NCBI GenBank assembly: GCA_050633305.1
Contig: JBOEGF010000010.1
Coordinates: forward strand, 384,001 to 448,000
Direction: 5' to 3'
DNA from: Nannocystales bacterium
GTDB lineage: Bacteria > Myxococcota_A > Polyangia > Nannocystales > Nannocystaceae
DNA: 64,000 bases
A program made the translations under genes and the position numbers. Under the pieces are notes generated by a model. That model did no database searches. It was not told where the DNA came from and saw nothing but the letters and a program-made list of their open reading frames with translations. This document shows positions 1 through 9,830 of the stretch, piece by piece. Positions within the stretch are counted from its first letter, which is position 1. Every line of letters begins with the position of its first letter.

Positions 1-2
1 GG

Positions 3-338
3 GCTGTGGGAAAGGGGGACGTCCTCTCGGTCGCACGCCTTGCGGCCATTGGGGCGGCGAAGGGCACCGCCGGGCTCATTCCGCTGTGTCATCCCGTCCG
101 GCTGACGAGCGTCGACGTTGACTTTGCCATCCTCCGGGAACTCCCTGGGGTCGAAGCGCGAGTCACGGTTCGGGCTGTGGACCGGACGGGACCCGAGATG
201 GAGGCCATGGTGGGGGCCTCGACCGCGGTGCTCACCATCTACGACATGTGCAAGGCGATGGACCGCGGGATGGAGGTCCTCCAGGTCGCGCTGTTGTCCA
301 AGTCCGGGGGAAAGTCGGGCGAGTGGACGCGCGACTGA
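3..338 (+). CDS. moaC: Cyclic pyranopterin monophosphate synthase MoaC (5'-truncated by window edge)
   Basis: [40 protein letters not shown] and KSGGKSG are MoaC motifs; the frame is open to the window start. Confidence 0.95.
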   Translation, partial: AVGKGDVLSVARLAAIGAAKGTAGLIPLCHPVRLTSVDVDFAILRELPGVEARVTVRAVDRTGPEMEAMVGASTAVLTIYDMCKAMDRGMEVLQVALLSKSGGKSGEWTRD

Positions 339-379
339 TTTCGGCCCGGCTCCTACCGTGATCTCGGTGGGGACGGCCC

Positions 380-1603
380 CTAGTCGTATTCTTCGATCTT
401 CGAGGGGAAGTTCGGCGTCAGGCTGGCGGGCTCTTCTCGGGCCGCAGGCTGGCCCTCGTTCTGGTTGCGGATGCCCGTCTGGAGCGACTCGTGCGCGATG
501 GGGGTGTGGGTCTCGAGGACCTTGTTCAGCGCGTCGTCGAGGGCCCGAAGCTTGCGGTGGTGGGTGTCGTCACCGGGCTTCACCGCATAGTCTGTAGGTT
601 CGGCGCTTGGTGCCGGGGCTGGCGGGGCTTGACGGGCTCCGACGGGTGCAGGAGCCGGAGGCGGGGCGCTTCGTGGGGCCCGCCGAGGACCAGGCTTGTC
701 GAGCAGTCGAACCCACGGCTTGGCGTCCGACCGCAGAGTCCGTGCGATTCGCTCGAGTCCACTGATGGCTGCCGCCGCGTCGGAGTAGCGTCGTGCTCGC
801 TCCCGTGCGATCAGCTTACTGAGTCCCGCGTTGATCAGCGGAGGCACGGACGGCGGAAGCGGGGGGACGCGCCCAGCAACATGTGCCTTCATCAACGTCC
901 GCGCATCGGTCGATGAGAATGGCGGGGCTCCGGTGAGCATCTCGTAGAGGATCATGCCCACCGAGTACAGGTCGGCGCGACCGTCGATGTCCTCGCCCAG
1001 CGCTTGCTCGGGGCTCATGTACGCTGGGGTCCCGACAATGGCCCCAACCTTGGTCGTGAGCCCGTCCGCGAGCTTCTCGTCGACGATGCGGGCGATCCCA
1101 AAGTCCACGATCTTGAGAAGATCGTTGCCGTGATGATCCTTTGTGACAAACAGGTTGTCGGGCTTGAGGTCGCGGTGGACGACGCCGTGCCGATGGGCGT
1201 GGTCCAGCCCCCGTAGCACTTGCAGCGTCAACGCGATGCACTGCGACGGCGGAAGCGGCTTGCCGAGGACCTTCGCCAACTCGCGCCCCTCGAGCAGTTG
1301 CATCGCCATGAACTTGAGGCCGTTCTCGAGTTCTCCGCAGTCGAGGACGGCGCGGCAGTTGGGGTGGTCGAAACCAGACGATGCGCGGGCTTCTCGAGCG
1401 AATCTCGCGGCGATCTCCGGGTTGTCTCCGTACTCCGGGCGCAGCACCTTGATCGCGACAGCGCGGCCCAGCCCCATGTGCTGCCCGCGAAACACGACAG
1501 CCATGCCTCCGACGCCGATCAGCTCCTCGACGAGGTAGCGGCCAGCCACGACTTTTCCCTGCAGCTTGAGCTGCCGCGGAAGGGCGACGTGCCGGCTAGC
1601 CAT
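380..1603 (-). CDS. Hanks-type Ser/Thr protein kinase with Pro/Ala-rich C-terminal tail
   Basis: IGVGGMAVV, VAIKVL, HRDLKPDN, DFGIA, GTPAYMSPEQ; AAAGGAG RBS directly upstream. Confidence 0.95.
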   Translation of the reverse strand: MASRHVALPRQLKLQGKVVAGRYLVEELIGVGGMAVVFRGQHMGLGRAVAIKVLRPEYGDNPEIAARFAREARASSGFDHPNCRAVLDCGELENGLKFMAMQLLEGRELAKVLGKPLPPSQCIALTLQVLRGLDHAHRHGVVHRDLKPDNLFVTKDHHGNDLLKIVDFGIARIVDEKLADGLTTKVGAIVGTPAYMSPEQALGEDIDGRADLYSVGMILYEMLTGAPPFSSTDARTLMKAHVAGRVPPLPPSVPPLINAGLSKLIARERARRYSDAAAAISGLERIARTLRSDAKPWVRLLDKPGPRRAPRSAPPPAPAPVGARQAPPAPAPSAEPTDYAVKPGDDTHHRKLRALDDALNKVLETHTPIAHESLQTGIRNQNEGQPAAREEPASLTPNFPSKIEEYD

Positions 1604-1949
1604 CTCCTTTGATGGTATCAGGCGCGCCCTGGACTAGGGTGGCGCTTTGTGCGCTGAACCGTGGGGGAGACTTGCATACACCTGACCGGGGGGACCTGTC
1701 CGTGGGGGTCGTCGTCCCGGCCGCCTCTGAAACGGGCGCGACGCGAGCTGAGCCGTGCCGCGGCAGGTTGTCACCTTGCGTCGATCCTTCGCGCAGCCTA
1801 CGCGGACCCGCGGCCGATTGCGATTCGCTGGAACAGCACGCGACCGCTTCGCGGGAGGGCCCGGCAAGACGGCGAAAGGCGGTCCGTGGCGACCCCGATC
1901 GGACCGCGTGCAGAGTCGGCCGAGAGGGTGCTTCGTCCGAGGTCTGCCG

Positions 1950-3788
1950 CTACTCGACCGTGACCGACTTTGCCAGGTTCCGTGGCTGGTCCACGTCGGT
2001 GCCCTTGAGATCGGCGACGTGGTAGGCGAAGAGCTGCAGCGGGATGCTGGCGACGATGGGCTGAAACAGCTCGTGAACGTCGGGCACCAACACGACGTCT
2101 TGTGCGATGTCTGCGATCGCCGAGTCGCCCACGGTCGCGAGCGCGATGATCTTGCCGCCGCGTGCACGGACCTCCTCCAGGTTGGACACCACTTTGTCGT
2201 AGCCCGGTCCCCGCAGGGCGATCACGACGATGGGAACGTTGTCATCGACCAGTGCGATGGGGCCGTGTTTCATCTCGCCGGATGCGTAGCCCTCGGCGTG
2301 GATGTAGGAGATCTCCTTGAGCTTGAGCGCGCCTTCGAGGGCGACAGGAAAGCCGAGTCCGCGGCCGAGGAACAAGAAATCGCGGGCGTGGGCGTAGCGA
2401 CGCGCGACGGTGCGGATGGACGCGAGCTGACCCAGAAGGCGGTTCATCGCCTCGGGCAGGGCGCTGAGGCTCTCGAGCATGGAGCGCTGCGCGTCGTCGT
2501 CGAGCTTTCCGGTGAGCTGCCCGAACTTGATCGCGACGAGGCTCATCACGACGAGCTGGCTGGTGAACGCCTTGGTGGAGGCCACGCTGACTTCGGGACC
2601 TGCGTGGGTGTAGAGAACCTGGTCGGCCGCTCGGGCGATCGTGGAGCCGACCACGTTGCAGATCGCCATCGTGCTCGCGCCGCGCCGTTTGGCTTCTCGA
2701 AGGGCCGCGAGCGTGTCGGCGGTCTCTCCGGATTGGGAGATGACGATCGCGAGGTCACGCTCGGAGACGATGGGGTCGCGGTAGCGGAACTCGCTGGCGA
2801 GGTCGACCTCGACGGGGATGCGGGCGACGGATTCGATCAGGTACTTGCCGCACAGGGCCGCGTGCCACGACGTGCCGCAGGCCAAGATGATGATGCGATC
2901 GAACTTGGAGACGTCGAGCTCGACGTCGTCGAGGATCACATCGGGGACCACGACGGTGAATCGCCCGGACATCGCATCGGAGAGCACGCGCGGTTGCTCG
3001 TGAATCTCCTTGAGCATGAAGTGCTTGTAGCCCTGCTTCTCGGCGGCGACGGGGCTCCAGTCGATCTCTCGGCTGTCGCGCTCGACCGGCTCGCCCTTGA
3101 CGTTGAACAGGCTGTATCCGTCGGCGGTGACATGCGCGAGGTCGCCGTCTTCGAGGTCGACCACGGTGCGCGTGTGGTCGAGCATGGCCACGACGTCGGA
3201 GCCGACGAACATCTCGCCCTCGCCAATGCCCAGCAGCAGCGGTGCGTTTTGGGCTGCGACGACCATCTCACCGGGCGTGTCGTCGTGGAGCACGCAGATC
3301 GCCCACGTCCCCTCCACTTGTTGGAGTGCGGCCGTGACGGCCTCGCGGAGGTTGGCTGCGGTGGCCATCTTGCGCTCGACGAGGTGCGCGAAGATCTCGG
3401 TGTCGGTCTCGGAATCGAAGACGCAGCCCTGGTCCTGCAACGTGCGGCGCAGGTTCATGTGGTTTTCGATGATGCCGTTGTGAACGACGCTGACCTTGCC
3501 CTGGCGATGCGGGTGGGCGTTGGATTCGGTGGGACGGCCGTGGGTTGCCCACCGGGTGTGTCCGATCCCGGTCGTGCCGCGGATGGGCTCCCGCGCGAGT
3601 CGTTCGCGCAGGTTGGCGAGCTTCCCTTCGCATCGGGCGATCGAGGCACCGGAGGCCGCATCGGGTCCTTGGCGACCCAAGATGGCGACTCCGGCGGAGT
3701 CGTAGCCCCGATATTCGAGCTTTCGCAGGCCCTCCAAAAGGATGGGGGCCGCCTCATTCTCACCGATATACCCAACTATGCCGCACAT
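1950..3788 (-). CDS. glmS: Glutamine--fructose-6-phosphate aminotransferase (isomerizing)
   Basis: Starts MCGIVGY after a GGAG RBS; EYRGYDSAG, GHTRWATHG, SQSGETADT; ends PRNLAKSVTVE. True start is 3788, not the longer ORF-track start. Confidence 0.98.
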   Translation of the reverse strand: MCGIVGYIGENEAAPILLEGLRKLEYRGYDSAGVAILGRQGPDAASGASIARCEGKLANLRERLAREPIRGTTGIGHTRWATHGRPTESNAHPHRQGKVSVVHNGIIENHMNLRRTLQDQGCVFDSETDTEIFAHLVERKMATAANLREAVTAALQQVEGTWAICVLHDDTPGEMVVAAQNAPLLLGIGEGEMFVGSDVVAMLDHTRTVVDLEDGDLAHVTADGYSLFNVKGEPVERDSREIDWSPVAAEKQGYKHFMLKEIHEQPRVLSDAMSGRFTVVVPDVILDDVELDVSKFDRIIILACGTSWHAALCGKYLIESVARIPVEVDLASEFRYRDPIVSERDLAIVISQSGETADTLAALREAKRRGASTMAICNVVGSTIARAADQVLYTHAGPEVSVASTKAFTSQLVVMSLVAIKFGQLTGKLDDDAQRSMLESLSALPEAMNRLLGQLASIRTVARRYAHARDFLFLGRGLGFPVALEGALKLKEISYIHAEGYASGEMKHGPIALVDDNVPIVVIALRGPGYDKVVSNLEEVRARGGKIIALATVGDSAIADIAQDVVLVPDVHELFQPIVASIPLQLFAYHVADLKGTDVDQPRNLAKSVTVE

Positions 3789-3813
3789 GGTGTCGTCTCC
3801 GTATAGCGTTGGG

Positions 3814-4797
3814 ATGCGCGGAGAACCAAGATTATTCCCGCTTCGATTTGTCGCGCTGCTAGCTTCGAGGTCTGTGGGACTGCCGGTTGCGAAAGACTTT
3901 TGTGCGCAGGCTTCGAGCGACCTCGAAGAGCCCATCATCGGGACCGCAGCGGCCCGTACGAGCGTTTGGCTGGGCGTCGAGGTGCGCGGTGTTTGGCCGC
4001 GCGACGCGTTCGAGTGCGACACGGTTCCCCCAGCTCTTCGGTCCCGACTGCCGATGTGGGCCGCCGCGCTGCCAGGGTTTCGACCGCAGGCTCTTCGACG
4101 TCCGGGTCGCGAGCAGTGCTCCGAGCCGGCGGTGTTCGTCGCGTTGACCGGGCCGGACTGCGACACGGTCGTTCGGTTGAACGTCTCGTCCCTCGAGACT
4201 CTGTCCGAAATCGACCTCCCGTCCGTGGTTGAAACCATCCGCGCAGGAGGCGTCCCGGACGGCGGGCGGCGGGTCGAGGAGCCGGCCGTCTGGGTTTGCG
4301 TTCACGGCAAGCGTGACCGCTGCTGCGCCAAGTTTGGCGCGCCGGTGTTCGAAGCTGCCGCCGCGCTCGAAGGTGTCGATGTTTGGCAGACCTCGCACCT
4401 CGGCGGCCACCGGTTCGCCGCGACGTTGCTGTGCTTGCCGACGGGGCTCTGTTATGGCCGCGTGCAAGCTGACGATGTCGACTCGTTGGTCCGCAACCAC
4501 GCGCAGGGCCGCGTCCACGACCTCACTTTGTTCCGAGGTCGGAGCTGCTGGAGCGCTCCGGCGCAGGCGGCTGTGCACTTCGTCCGTGCACACGTGGGCG
4601 AGATGGCGACAAGCGGGTTCGTGCCAACATCCGAAGCTGAGACCGATGACGGAGTGCGGGTCCGAGTGGAGAGTCCGCGCGGTGGGTTCGACGTGGTGGT
4701 GGAGAAGCGGCCGGTCGGCGGAGAAGCTCCTCCGAGCTGCGAGAAACCGCCGGCGCCGGTCGCTGGCTGGTTTCAGGTCGCGCTGCGGCCCATCTAG
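3814..4797 (+). CDS. Sucrase/ferredoxin-like (thioredoxin-like 2Fe-2S) protein
   Basis: VCVHGKRDRCCA and WQTSHLGGHRFAAT...YGR motifs; start codon uncertain. Confidence 0.85.
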   Translation: MRGEPRLFPLRFVALLASRSVGLPVAKDFCAQASSDLEEPIIGTAAARTSVWLGVEVRGVWPRDAFECDTVPPALRSRLPMWAAALPGFRPQALRRPGREQCSEPAVFVALTGPDCDTVVRLNVSSLETLSEIDLPSVVETIRAGGVPDGGRRVEEPAVWVCVHGKRDRCCAKFGAPVFEAAAALEGVDVWQTSHLGGHRFAATLLCLPTGLCYGRVQADDVDSLVRNHAQGRVHDLTLFRGRSCWSAPAQAAVHFVRAHVGEMATSGFVPTSEAETDDGVRVRVESPRGGFDVVVEKRPVGGEAPPSCEKPPAPVAGWFQVALRPI

Positions 4798-4854
4798 GCG
4801 CTCCACGATCTTCCGCCCTGTTCGACGACAGGTTCGCTGGTAGGGTGGTCGAGC

Positions 4855-5607
4855 GTGTTCGGCTTGCGTCGACGGATTCTCTTTCCAAGGCACATGCTGG
4901 CTGCAGATCCGGAGGCGTTGCGCCACTTCGACGGCGTACAGCGACTGGCGCGCCCGGTCCGAGGGGGGGAGGTCGAGGCTTGGTTCCTCCCCGCTCCCGG
5001 AGACGGCCCGCGTCCGGTTGTCGTGTTCGCGCACGGGAACGGTGAGCTGATCGAGCACTGGCCCGACATGCTCGCTCCGTATCTTCAGATGGGGATCAGC
5101 GTGCTGTTGCCGGAGTATCGCGGCTACGGACGGAGCGCGGGTTGGCCGAGCGCGGACACGATCGGCGAAGACTTCCGGTGGTTTGTGGAGCAGGTTCGGC
5201 GCCGACCCGATGTGGACGCGAGCCGTTTCGTTTTGCACGGGCGGTCGATCGGCGGCGGGGTTGTTTGCGCGTTGGCTCAGCACGTTCAGCCACACGCGAT
5301 GGTGCTTTGGTCCACGTTCACGAACATCGGTGATGTGGCAAAGCGGTTCGGCATTCCGCGCTTCCTCATTCCAGATCACTTCGACAACGAGACCGCGCTT
5401 CGCGACGTGCGCGCCCCCACGTTCATCGTGCACGGGACGCAGGACCTCTTGATCCCGGTCTCGCATGCGCACCGACTGGCGGCCGCTGCCCGCGACGCTC
5501 AGTTGCACCTGTACGCAGCGGGGCACAACGACTGCCCGCCCTCAGGCGCGGATCATTGGCGCACGCTGGAGGGCTTCCTTCGCGATGCGGATTCCACGCG
5601 CGACTGA
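4855..5607 (+). CDS. Alpha/beta hydrolase (ABHD17/BEM46-like)
   Basis: FAHGNGE, EYRGYGRS, nucleophile elbow GRSIG, HGTQD, GHND. Confidence 0.9.
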   Translation: MFGLRRRILFPRHMLAADPEALRHFDGVQRLARPVRGGEVEAWFLPAPGDGPRPVVVFAHGNGELIEHWPDMLAPYLQMGISVLLPEYRGYGRSAGWPSADTIGEDFRWFVEQVRRRPDVDASRFVLHGRSIGGGVVCALAQHVQPHAMVLWSTFTNIGDVAKRFGIPRFLIPDHFDNETALRDVRAPTFIVHGTQDLLIPVSHAHRLAAAARDAQLHLYAAGHNDCPPSGADHWRTLEGFLRDADSTRD

Positions 5608-5674
5608 CGCGGAACCTGGGCATGCCAGCCCGGTGACGTTGTCAGACACCGTGCGCGTGCGCTATCCCTCCGGA

Positions 5675-7351
5675 ATGAGGACGCTTCCGGTGCTGCTTGC
5701 CCTTCTGACGGGTGGATGCGCGACCACGATCGACAAGGCGCGGGACGCTCGCAACATCGGTGAGTACGACGAGGCCCGGTCGCTCTACGAGGAAGCGATG
5801 GCGGAGCCGAAGATGCAGGACACGGCGCGGGAAGAACTCGCGCAGATGTACGTCGATCGAGCTGCTGATGCCGAGTCCTCGAACAAACAGCAAGCGGAGC
5901 GAGAGTACCGTCAGGCGCTGACGGTCGACCCCGTCTTCGCGCCCGCGCTCACCGGTTTGGTGCGGCTGCTGAGGGACGGCGGGCGCATCAAGGATGCCCG
6001 TCTTGCGATCGACGGTGCGCGCAAGTCCGGGGAGTGCCCCACCTGCAATCGCCTCGAGCTGGTGGTCTTGCTCGAAGAGGCGGAGGCGGCCGCGAAAGCG
6101 GGGCAATGGAAAGAGGCCCTCACCCGCTACAGCGAAGCGCAACAGGTTCGCCCGCAACCGGCGGTCGCGCTCTCGATCGTGCAAGCCCACATCGCGCTTG
6201 GAGCCCACGCTGAAGCTGTTGCGGCACTTCAGCGATCGGTCCCGATGATGACCGACGCCGACACCAACGCGACGGGGAACTTCGTCACCTTCCGCGGGCA
6301 GCTCTTCACGCACGCACTCGAGGGCGGCGACATCCCGACAGCGGACCAGGTCCGGGCCCTTTCGCTGGCCAACGAACCGCAGCCGCCGTTGTTCGCGATG
6401 GAGCTCCGTGTCGCCGACCACCTGCTCGAGAAGGTCGACGGAGAGCTGGCGCTTGCGCGCTACGAGTCGATGCTTGCCCGAAAAGACGACGAAGCGCTCA
6501 GCGCCAAGCAGGTAGACGCGGTCAACACTCGCGTCGCGAGAATCTATGCCAACCGTGGCACCGCGCTTCTCAACGAGGGCAAGAGCAACAACGCCGACTG
6601 GGCTTTCAAGAAGGCGATCGAGATTCGCCCAGACGATTGGTCGCTGAAGCTCCAGCGTGTCATCGCGATTTCCGAGTCGGTCGGGTCGGAAAAGGCGTTG
6701 CAGTCGCTCAGCGGGGTTCCCGAGGGAACGTACGGTCTCAAGACCACCCGGGGAATCGTCGCGGCGCTGAAGGTTCGGGAACTTGTCGACCGCGGGCAGA
6801 TCGACGCGGCCCGAACCGCGCTTGCCGAGGTTCAGTCGGAGTATGGGAGTGTCCCCGAAGGGCACCTCGTCGCCGCGATGGTCCTCGCAAAGACGCCCTT
6901 CGAAGGCTTGTCCAAGCGGGAGCGCAAGGCGGTCCTGAGCACCAAGGCCTTGGTCATGTACCCCGGCGACCGGATCAACAGGTACGCGGAGGCCAAGGCC
7001 GAGCTGGCCTGGGTGAAGATGGCGATGGCGGCCTCCGACAAGGACAAGTTGTTCATCGCCCCGTGGCTGGGGACTGAGCTGGCCCGGATGGACCGAGAGC
7101 TCGCAGTCTCGTATCCCCCCGTCGTCGAGTTTCGGGCCGACCCGGAGCCCGTCATCGTCTTGCACAACGCGGGGGCCGGTTACGTCGATGTCGTCGTTGA
7201 AGGCGAGGACCTCCAAGAGGAGTTCGGCATTCCCACTGGCGACCGGACCGAGTTCACCGCTCCGGTCCCTGGTCTGCTACGCATGCGCATCAACGGTGAG
7301 AAGCGAGTCTACGTCGCCGAGCCCTACGCGAAGGTCACGATTCGCATCTAG
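5675..7351 (+). CDS. TPR-repeat lipoprotein
   Basis: Signal MRTLPVLLALLTGG-C (lipobox); several TPR-like helical repeats (AEREYRQALTVDP, ADWAFKKAIEIRP). Confidence 0.75.
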   Translation: MRTLPVLLALLTGGCATTIDKARDARNIGEYDEARSLYEEAMAEPKMQDTAREELAQMYVDRAADAESSNKQQAEREYRQALTVDPVFAPALTGLVRLLRDGGRIKDARLAIDGARKSGECPTCNRLELVVLLEEAEAAAKAGQWKEALTRYSEAQQVRPQPAVALSIVQAHIALGAHAEAVAALQRSVPMMTDADTNATGNFVTFRGQLFTHALEGGDIPTADQVRALSLANEPQPPLFAMELRVADHLLEKVDGELALARYESMLARKDDEALSAKQVDAVNTRVARIYANRGTALLNEGKSNNADWAFKKAIEIRPDDWSLKLQRVIAISESVGSEKALQSLSGVPEGTYGLKTTRGIVAALKVRELVDRGQIDAARTALAEVQSEYGSVPEGHLVAAMVLAKTPFEGLSKRERKAVLSTKALVMYPGDRINRYAEAKAELAWVKMAMAASDKDKLFIAPWLGTELARMDRELAVSYPPVVEFRADPEPVIVLHNAGAGYVDVVVEGEDLQEEFGIPTGDRTEFTAPVPGLLRMRINGEKRVYVAEPYAKVTIRI

Positions 7352-7359
7352 GCCTCGCT

Positions 7360-8256
7360 GTGGCGCTCCTCCTCCTCGGCACTCTGCTTGCGTTTGGACT
7401 GGGAGGTTCGTCGCCCCTGCCACTGCCGGTCGTCGGTGGCGAGCCCGCGCCGGAGCTGGCGTTTGAGGCGGTCATGGAGTTTGAGAACCCGTTGATCGGC
7501 GGGTGCACGGGCACGCTTGTTCGTCCGGATCTCCTGCTGACCGCCGGGCACTGCTTTCCAGAGGGAACAACGCTGCAGGCCCTTTCGGTCTCTCGGCCAC
7601 CGAGCCTCGGCGGTGGCCTCGTCGAGGTCGAGTCGTTTGGCACACACCCTGACATGTGCCTCACCTGTGACCGAGACGAGTTCGACTACGGCTACATCCG
7701 ATTTCAGGAGGCGCTCGCCGTGCCGCCGTTGGAGATCATCACCGACCAAGACCTCTGGGACGCGAGTCTCTACAAGGGCGCGGAAGTCACGGTGGTGGGA
7801 TGGGGCAACGTACCGGAGCGCGGAGGACTGCGGGGGGAGCGTTGGCGGGTCGAGGTTCCGATTCGTGGATTCACCAGTACGGGGATCGAGTTCATCGCGG
7901 GGGGTGATGGCAAGGACAGCTGCGGAGGGGACTCTGGGGGTCCCGCGCTGGTTCTTGGGGACGACGGGACCTGGAAAGTCGCGGGCGTCACCTCTCGCGG
8001 CTCCAAGCCCTGCGGAAGCGGCGGCTTCTACGGTGTCGCCTATCACGCGTTGGAGTGGCTCTCGGAGGAGGTCATGGACCCGTCGCTCTGCGGAGCGGAC
8101 TGCGGCTCGTGCGACTGCCTCGACACTCGGCCGCCTCCGGACGACGGATGCTGTTCGACTGGGCGTCCGATCGGGATCCCGTGGGTTTTGTTCGCGTTGC
8201 TCTGGCTTCGACGTCGACCGAGCAGACGCAAGAAAGCCCCTCACGCCGAAGCGTGA
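7360..8256 (+). CDS. Secreted S1 (trypsin-like) serine protease with MYXO-CTERM-like tail
   Basis: Signal peptide, VVGG mature N-terminus, LTAGHC, KDSCGGDSGGP; C-terminal GCCSTG + hydrophobic helix + RRR. Confidence 0.9.
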   Translation: MALLLLGTLLAFGLGGSSPLPLPVVGGEPAPELAFEAVMEFENPLIGGCTGTLVRPDLLLTAGHCFPEGTTLQALSVSRPPSLGGGLVEVESFGTHPDMCLTCDRDEFDYGYIRFQEALAVPPLEIITDQDLWDASLYKGAEVTVVGWGNVPERGGLRGERWRVEVPIRGFTSTGIEFIAGGDGKDSCGGDSGGPALVLGDDGTWKVAGVTSRGSKPCGSGGFYGVAYHALEWLSEEVMDPSLCGADCGSCDCLDTRPPPDDGCCSTGRPIGIPWVLFALLWLRRRPSRRKKAPHAEA

Positions 8257-8266
8257 GAGGCTCTTT
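8233..8266. terminator. Probable bidirectional intrinsic terminator between convergent genes
   Basis: AAAGCCCCTCACGC-CGAA-GCGTGAGAGGCTCTTT hairpin with short A/T flanks. Confidence 0.6.
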
Positions 8267-8287
8267 GGGAGAGTCGGTGGGACTCGC

Positions 8288-9817
8288 TCAGCCCTTGGGC
8301 TGCAAGTCGGTGCCGTACATCTTGATGGTGGCCTTGGGCAGGACCTCGCGGATTTGGCCTTCGATGGCAGCCGTCTCGCCCACGATGACGACGTGGGGGA
8401 TGGGGTGCATGTACTTCTTCGCGGCGTCCTGAACCTGCTGAGCGGTCACGGCCGAGATCGAGTCGCGGTAGCCTTTCCAGTAGTCGGTTGGGAGCCCGTA
8501 CGTCAAAGCAGCCCGCATCTTGGAGGCGATTTGTCCGGCTGTCTCGAGCTCCAGCGGGAACTGGCCCACGATGCGTGCCTTGGCAGTCTCGACCTCGGCG
8601 TCGGAGGGGAGCTCCTTTCGCATGCGCTCGAGGTGCCCAAACAACGCCGCCAGCATGTCCGCGGTGGATGCGTTGCGCGTTCGAGTGTTGATGTAGAAGG
8701 TGCCGGGCGCTTGCGCTTCGTCGACGTGGGACGCGACGTTGTACGCTAGACCCTTCTCCTCACGAACGTCGAGGAAGAGCCGTCCGGTGGCGCTTCCACC
8801 CAGGATCGAGTTGGCGAGTGTGAGGGCGGCCCAGTCCGGGTGGTTCCTCGCGATGGCGAGGTTGCCGATCATGATCTCGGCCTGCGCCGACCCCGGCCGA
8901 TCCACGAGATGGATGACAAGCTCGGTGGGAACCGCGTAGTCCTTGAACTTGTTGAGCGGGTTTCCTGGGAGCTGGCGCTTGGTGGTGGACTTCCAGCGGC
9001 CCAGCGTGCGCTTCACCAGCGGCTTGGCTTCGGCCACGGTGATGTCGCCTGAGAGCACGAGGAACGAGTTGTTCGCGCGGTAGAAGGTCTCGTGGAACTC
9101 GCGAAGGTCGGCGACCTTGATCGCGTCCACGTCCTGCGCGGTGGGGGGGAGAAGCCCGTACGGGTGGCCCTCGGGGTACGCCACGTGGTCGAACAGCATG
9201 CCAGCGAGGTAGCCGGGGCTGCCCGCGTTCATGCTGAGGCTGGTCTTGACCTGCTGCTTCTGCTTCTCGAGGGCTTCCTCGGGAAACAGGGGGTTCATGA
9301 CTTGGTCGGAGAGCAGGGTGAGACCGAGCTTGAGGTCCTTGCCCAGGGTTCGAGTGAACACGAAGCTGTTGTGGACGCTGGCGCTCTCCCCGAGGCTACC
9401 GCCGACAAACTCGATGGCCTCGTCGATCTTGGCCTTGCTTCGAGCTCGGGTGCCTTCACCGAGCATGTTGGCGGTGATACCCGCGACGATGTCGTTGTCC
9501 ATGCTGCCGGCTCGAACGACGAGCGTGCTGGAGACGATCGGAACCTCGTGGTTCTCGACGATGTAGACCGTGAGGCCGTTGTCGAGCTGGAATTGCGCGG
9601 CGGACGGGAAGTCGACCGGCTGCGGGGCGCCGGGTCCCGGAGGCGAGGGGTACTCGCGTTCGGCGACCGGCTCAGGCTCGGGCTCGGGTTCGGGCTCAGG
9701 CTCGGGCTGTGGTGCCGGGGCGGGTGCGGGGGCTTCGGTGGAGGTCTTCACCTTGCAGCCCGTGCCCAAACTGAGCGCGAGCGCGAGGGACGACAGCGAT
9801 ACGATGGAAGTGCGCAT
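8288..9817 (-). CDS. M16 family peptidase, non-catalytic subunit, lipoprotein
   Basis: Lipobox LGTG-C, Pro-Glu repeat linker, LDNGLTV..VENHEVP, GRLF..VREEKGLAY; no HxxEH. Confidence 0.88.
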   Translation of the reverse strand: MRTSIVSLSSLALALSLGTGCKVKTSTEAPAPAPAPQPEPEPEPEPEPEPVAEREYPSPPGPGAPQPVDFPSAAQFQLDNGLTVYIVENHEVPIVSSTLVVRAGSMDNDIVAGITANMLGEGTRARSKAKIDEAIEFVGGSLGESASVHNSFVFTRTLGKDLKLGLTLLSDQVMNPLFPEEALEKQKQQVKTSLSMNAGSPGYLAGMLFDHVAYPEGHPYGLLPPTAQDVDAIKVADLREFHETFYRANNSFLVLSGDITVAEAKPLVKRTLGRWKSTTKRQLPGNPLNKFKDYAVPTELVIHLVDRPGSAQAEIMIGNLAIARNHPDWAALTLANSILGGSATGRLFLDVREEKGLAYNVASHVDEAQAPGTFYINTRTRNASTADMLAALFGHLERMRKELPSDAEVETAKARIVGQFPLELETAGQIASKMRAALTYGLPTDYWKGYRDSISAVTAQQVQDAAKKYMHPIPHVVIVGETAAIEGQIREVLPKATIKMYGTDLQPKG

Positions 9818-9830
9818 GGTCCGGAGTCCT

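Noticed and set aside
1900..1990. Tn7 insertion at the glmS attachment site
   Set aside because: No transposon ends or tns genes are visible downstream of glmS
1755..3806. Long antisense ORFs opposite real genes (e.g. 1755-3806 +, 9570-11627 +, 34139-36796 -, 59333-61363 -)
   Set aside because: Shadow ORFs expected from high GC3 codon bias; no recognisable motifs, and the opposite strand holds clear conserved genes
3789..3900. glmS ribozyme
   Set aside because: Only about 25 bp separate glmS from a divergent gene, and no ribozyme core sequence was recognised
9667..9732. 6-bp-period repeat (GGCTCG/GGCTCA)
   Set aside because: Encodes the Pro-Ala/Pro-Glu linker of the M16 lipoprotein; not an independent element
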